From Candidatus Latescibacterota bacterium (GTDB lineage Bacteria > Latescibacterota > UBA2968 > UBA8231): DNA of 64,000 nt. Position 1 is the stretch's first letter, and each line of letters starts with the position of its first letter. This document shows, in pieces, positions 60,403-64,000 of the stretch. Location: positions 640,001-704,000 of the forward strand of contig CBDFJF010000002.1 of the NCBI GenBank assembly GCA_965248265.1. The letters are read 5' to 3'. The notes under the pieces are model-generated. The model was given only the letters and a program-made list of their open reading frames with translations. It was not told the origin of the DNA and searched no databases. Position numbers and translations under genes: made by a program.

Positions 60403-61745
60403 TGGCGCGAGGACTCACCCTGGTCTGGTTGCTGCTCCTGACAGTCCTGTGCCTCGGGCGTCCACTTTTCGGCGACGCCACATCCGCTGACACGACGACG
60501 ACGGACAGTACCGCCGCGGAGGAGGAAAAATCCCGGCTGGAAAAGGTCGGCGGACTGCCAGACAGCATCGTCGGGGCCGTGAGCAAGGCCAATCCGGTCG
60601 CCGCGACCAGCCAGACCGTGGACATGGCCAAGTGGATGGCCAGACGCAAGCAGTTGAGCATAGGCGGGCACAACTTCGGCTTTACCGGTCTGCCCATCGT
60701 TTTCTATACGCCGAACAACAAGACCTGGAGCTACGGCGCACGGGTGCAATGGGCGGATTACCAGCGGCCACCCTATCGTTACAAGCTCACCTTCAACTGG
60801 GTGCGCTCCACTGAGGGGCGGTTGAGCCTTTTCGGCCGTCTCAAGGTTCCCCAGATATCCGGCACTGGTTTCGGGGTGCGTCTTTTTGTCGCCACCAACC
60901 GGGACGTCCGAGCCCGCTATTACGGATTGGGCAACGAATCTGAAATAGATACCAATCTGGCGGACTCCGACTACTACTTCTACGTGCTGGAGCGGCCACG
61001 GGCGATCATGAGTCTGCTCCGCCACCTCCACGGTCCGGTTTCGATGTCCGTCGGATTTGGTCTGGAGCGTTCGGAGATAACAGCCCGCGGCGATAGCTCC
61101 TTCTACCAGAACGACGTTGCTCGCGAGGGGGTCGACGACGGGGTAACCGGATTCTTGAGTGCGACGCTGCAGTGGGATTCACGCGATGACCCTACGATTC
61201 CGAAGCGGGGGGCCTTTCACGAGTGGTCCTATGAGACCTCGCGCAATTCACTCATCGGGTTGTTTTTTGAGGAAATCGACTTTGAGCGCTACACCCTGAC
61301 CGATTCTCGCTATTACCCCATTACAGAGCGATTCAATCTGGCCAATCGCGTCATTTTCGAGGCGCTCAAGGGGTCGGTCCCCTTGTACGCCTTCGGTGAG
61401 ATCGGGGGTAGTCGCCGGTCCAAAGGGGTGGGAGGAGGTGACACCCTGCGCGGCTTCGACAGCCAGCGGTTCACTGACAACATCAGGGCGATTACGAACA
61501 CGGAGTTCAGGTACCGTCTGCATAATCAGAGACTGAAGAAGCAGTGGCTGGAGTGGACGGGTGTGTTCTTCGTCGACAGCGGGCAGGTATCACCTGGCGT
61601 TTCCGATCTCAGCCTGGCGGGCAATCACTGGGCCAGTGGTTTCGGGCTGCGGCTCTATTGGAACGCCGACTTCGTGATCCGTCTGGACCTGGCTTTCGGT
61701 AGCGAACAGGGCAACGCCAGCTTCAAGTACCGCAACATCTTCTAA
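60402..61745 (+). CDS. Omp85/BamA-TamA family outer-membrane barrel without evident POTRA domains
   Basis: Signal peptide, WDSRDD..P.RG, LRGF...RF, FFVDSG.V, GFGLR, RLDLAFG, terminal F. Confidence 0.82.
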   Translation: MARGLTLVWLLLLTVLCLGRPLFGDATSADTTTTDSTAAEEEKSRLEKVGGLPDSIVGAVSKANPVAATSQTVDMAKWMARRKQLSIGGHNFGFTGLPIVFYTPNNKTWSYGARVQWADYQRPPYRYKLTFNWVRSTEGRLSLFGRLKVPQISGTGFGVRLFVATNRDVRARYYGLGNESEIDTNLADSDYYFYVLERPRAIMSLLRHLHGPVSMSVGFGLERSEITARGDSSFYQNDVAREGVDDGVTGFLSATLQWDSRDDPTIPKRGAFHEWSYETSRNSLIGLFFEEIDFERYTLTDSRYYPITERFNLANRVIFEALKGSVPLYAFGEIGGSRRSKGVGGGDTLRGFDSQRFTDNIRAITNTEFRYRLHNQRLKKQWLEWTGVFFVDSGQVSPGVSDLSLAGNHWASGFGLRLYWNADFVIRLDLAFGSEQGNASFKYRNIF

Positions 61746-61814
61746 GTGCCCTGTCACGGAAGTATCCTTGTATTCGGCGCCCTCAATTCACAAGCCTACT
61801 TCCGCGACAGGGCA

Positions 61815-62384
61815 CTAACGCCCGGCGTCTGGCCGCAGCACCGGTTCCAAAACCCGGGTCATGCGGAAGCCCAGATAAGCAGTCGCGAGGCCGACCACAA
61901 GGTCTTTCGGCAGCGGCAGCAATCCAATTTTCAACGCGGTATGGAGCTCCATTGGAGTTGCCAGTATGAAGGCCATCACCGCGGCGAGGTAGGGCACCCC
62001 CACGATGTAGTCCACGAACAGCGCGGCCAATACACCCAGGGCGCAACGGCCGTAGGTCCGCGATTTCTGGGTTATGAAGCCGGCGACAAACGCCGCCGGG
62101 ACGAATCCGAGCAAGTACCCGAACGAGGGCTCGAGTACGTACTGTGGACCACCGCCCTTGGCGAAGACGGGAAACCCGATCAGGCCGGTGATGAGGTAGA
62201 CCACCTGGCTGGTAGCTCCGCGCCACGGTCCCAGCAACAATCCCGCGAGGCAGACGAAGGGTATTTGCAGGGTGATAGGTATGAACGGCAGAGGAATCTT
62301 GATGAAAGCCCCGACGGCGGTGAGGGCAGCCATCAGAGCGATCGGGGCGACGCTGATGGGGACGATTGAGTAGCTGCGATTCAA
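61815..62384 (-). CDS. bioY: Biotin transporter BioY
   Basis: PITLQ, LAGLLLG, Y...GL.G.PVFA.G, PSFGYLLGF, KD. Confidence 0.92.
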   Translation of the reverse strand: MNRSYSIVPISVAPIALMAALTAVGAFIKIPLPFIPITLQIPFVCLAGLLLGPWRGATSQVVYLITGLIGFPVFAKGGGPQYVLEPSFGYLLGFVPAAFVAGFITQKSRTYGRCALGVLAALFVDYIVGVPYLAAVMAFILATPMELHTALKIGLLPLPKDLVVGLATAYLGFRMTRVLEPVLRPDAGR

Positions 62385-63265
62385 GAAGAAGGGGACGCCG
62401 GAACGGCGTCGGTCTCCACCGAAGCTGGTGCCAACAAGGCGATGATTCGCGCCACGGTTGCAGCCAGCTCACTGCGCCTGGCCACCAGGTCCACGAAGCC
62501 GTGGTCCTGGACGTTTTCAGCGATCTGGAAACCCGCGGGAAGCTCCTCCAACCCAAGAAACTGCTTGATGACAGACTGCCCGGCGAAGCCAATGCGCGCC
62601 CCGGGCTCGGCGATGTGGATGTCGCCGAGCATGGCAAAGCTAGCGGTCACACCGCCATAGGTCGGGTCCGTGAGTATGGAGATATAGAGAAGACCGGCAT
62701 CAGAGAGTCTGCGGAGCTTGGCACTGAGCTTGGCCATCTGCATAAGGGAGTAGGTGCTCTCCTGCATGCGGGCGCCACCTGACTGAGACAGCAGCACCAG
62801 ACTACGGCCGTCTGCGATGGCGCGATCGATCAGCCGCGCGATCTTCTCGCCGGTCGCTCCGCCCATGCTACCGAGAATGTAACGGGTGTCCATGATGCCC
62901 AGAGCGACGGGATGCCCGTCGATCCGGCAAACGCCGGTGCAGACAGACTCGTTGAGGCCGCTGGCCCGGCGGCCTTCTCTGATGCGGTCCGGGTAGCGGC
63001 GGTGATCGCGGAACTTTAGAGGGTCGGCAGTGGCAACGCCAGCATCCAGCTCTGAGAAACTGCCGCTATCGGCAAGGATGTCGATGTATCTCTCGTGGCC
63101 GATCGGGAAATGAAAGCCGCAGCGCGAGCAAACCCACAGATCGCGTTCCAGAGCGTTCTGGTAGACGGCTTCGCCGCACTGCTTACACTGGCTCCAGATG
63201 CCTTCCGGGATTTCCCGCTTGATCCGGGTCAGAATCCCGGATTTCATCTTTTCGAACCAGTTCAT
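62381..63265 (-). CDS. accD: Acetyl-CoA carboxylase carboxyltransferase beta subunit
   Basis: PEGIW.QC..C zinc finger, GSMG, SGGARMQE, LMQMAK, PTYGGVTASFA, AEPGARIGFAG. Confidence 0.96.
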   Translation of the reverse strand: MNWFEKMKSGILTRIKREIPEGIWSQCKQCGEAVYQNALERDLWVCSRCGFHFPIGHERYIDILADSGSFSELDAGVATADPLKFRDHRRYPDRIREGRRASGLNESVCTGVCRIDGHPVALGIMDTRYILGSMGGATGEKIARLIDRAIADGRSLVLLSQSGGARMQESTYSLMQMAKLSAKLRRLSDAGLLYISILTDPTYGGVTASFAMLGDIHIAEPGARIGFAGQSVIKQFLGLEELPAGFQIAENVQDHGFVDLVARRSELAATVARIIALLAPASVETDAVPASPSS

Positions 63266-63283
63266 GCCATTGTCTGCTGGCGG

Positions 63284-63679
63284 TTAGACGAGGCCTCGGC
63301 GACGCAGCCCAACTAGGGTGACGCCGGCCGTAACGAGGAGTCCGACCGAAGCCAATACCGCGGCCGACGAGGAGAATCGGCGGGACCGCACTACCCGGAC
63401 GTCCTCGAGTGCTGCGGATGGCTGGCCCAAACGGGCCACCAGCCGGTCGGCGAACGCGTTCGTGTCCGGCAGAGACGGAGGAATCATGGCGGCGTCGGCC
63501 AGCTGTGCCGCGTCTTCCAACAATGCGAGTCGATCGGCGCTGTCGGGTTCCATGACGATGCGTTCCTCGACATTGGCGTTGTCTTCCATCTCCAGTTCGC
63601 CATCCAGATACGCGGAGAAGAGTTCATCCCTTTTCTTGTCTTTCCCGAATGAAAAAAGGTCCATGGTCGCTGACTCCAT
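63284..63679 (-). CDS. Putative anti-sigma factor
   Basis: ELFSAYLDGEL motif, C-terminal TM helix, start overlaps sigma factor stop. Confidence 0.75.
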   Translation of the reverse strand: MESATMDLFSFGKDKKRDELFSAYLDGELEMEDNANVEERIVMEPDSADRLALLEDAAQLADAAMIPPSLPDTNAFADRLVARLGQPSAALEDVRVVRSRRFSSSAAVLASVGLLVTAGVTLVGLRRRGLV

Positions 63680-64000
63680 CAGAGTAGTTCGTGCCGTAGC
63701 AGCTTGCCGAGGAGTTTCTTTCTCGCGCTGTGAATACGCGAACTGACGGTGCCCACGGGGACCTGCAGCACCCGGGAGATCTCGTCGTAGGAGAGCTCTT
63801 CGAAACTGTTGAGTACCAGGGCCTCACGTAGCGCCTCAGGGAGTTCGTCCACCAACTTGAGGACGATTCTGCGTGTTTCACTGGAAATGCATTCGGACTC
63901 GGGGTTTGGAGTCATCTCTCTTTCCAGCTGCGGCAGGTACTCAGCTTCCTCGCCGTCAACGCCCTGATGCAGACCCAAGCGGTACCAAGCAGAACGGGAC
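63679..64000 (-). CDS. ECF sigma factor (C-terminal region 4; partial)
   Basis: LPEALREALVL...ELSYDEISRVLQVPVGTVSSRIHSARKKL. Confidence 0.88.
   Translation of the reverse strand, partial: SRSAWYRLGLHQGVDGEEAEYLPQLEREMTPNPESECISSETRRIVLKLVDELPEALREALVLNSFEELSYDEISRVLQVPVGTVSSRIHSARKKLLGKLLRHELL

Overview
GC-rich bacterial chromosomal segment, mostly housekeeping and almost entirely on the minus strand. Gene content (FCB-type LptD, DUF4175/DUF4159, the 'asparagine synthetase B'-labelled protein, PorZ-like propeller, efp-accB-accC-gcvH, pheST-zapB-zapA-rny-ymdB-xseAB-recN-pgsA) suggests an FCB-superphylum organism, possibly Latescibacterota-like; this is inference, not a database result. It contains sufBCD, a MoxR/DUF58/DUF4175/DUF4159/TPR envelope cluster, priA, rodZ, maf, dtd, lptD, rlmB, mutS, rpsA, cmk, a pseudouridine synthase, scpAB, tRNA-Lys(CTT), a frameshifted hybrid histidine kinase, nupC, two Omp85-like proteins, rpmI-rplT without infC, surE, bioY, accD and an ECF sigma/anti-sigma pair. 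No integrase, transposase or CRISPR array was seen. Notable oddities: two non-coding palindromic elements (a 170-bp CTAG-bounded MITE and a ~220-bp hairpin between sufB and sufC), a stand-alone FliG-N-like gene after mutS, a 51-nt tandem repeat encoding the RlmB N-terminus, a probable CTG start for xseB, a PorZ-like gene, a peptidase-propeller-barrel fusion, and several unannotated small ORFs. All family assignments are from motif recognition by eye.
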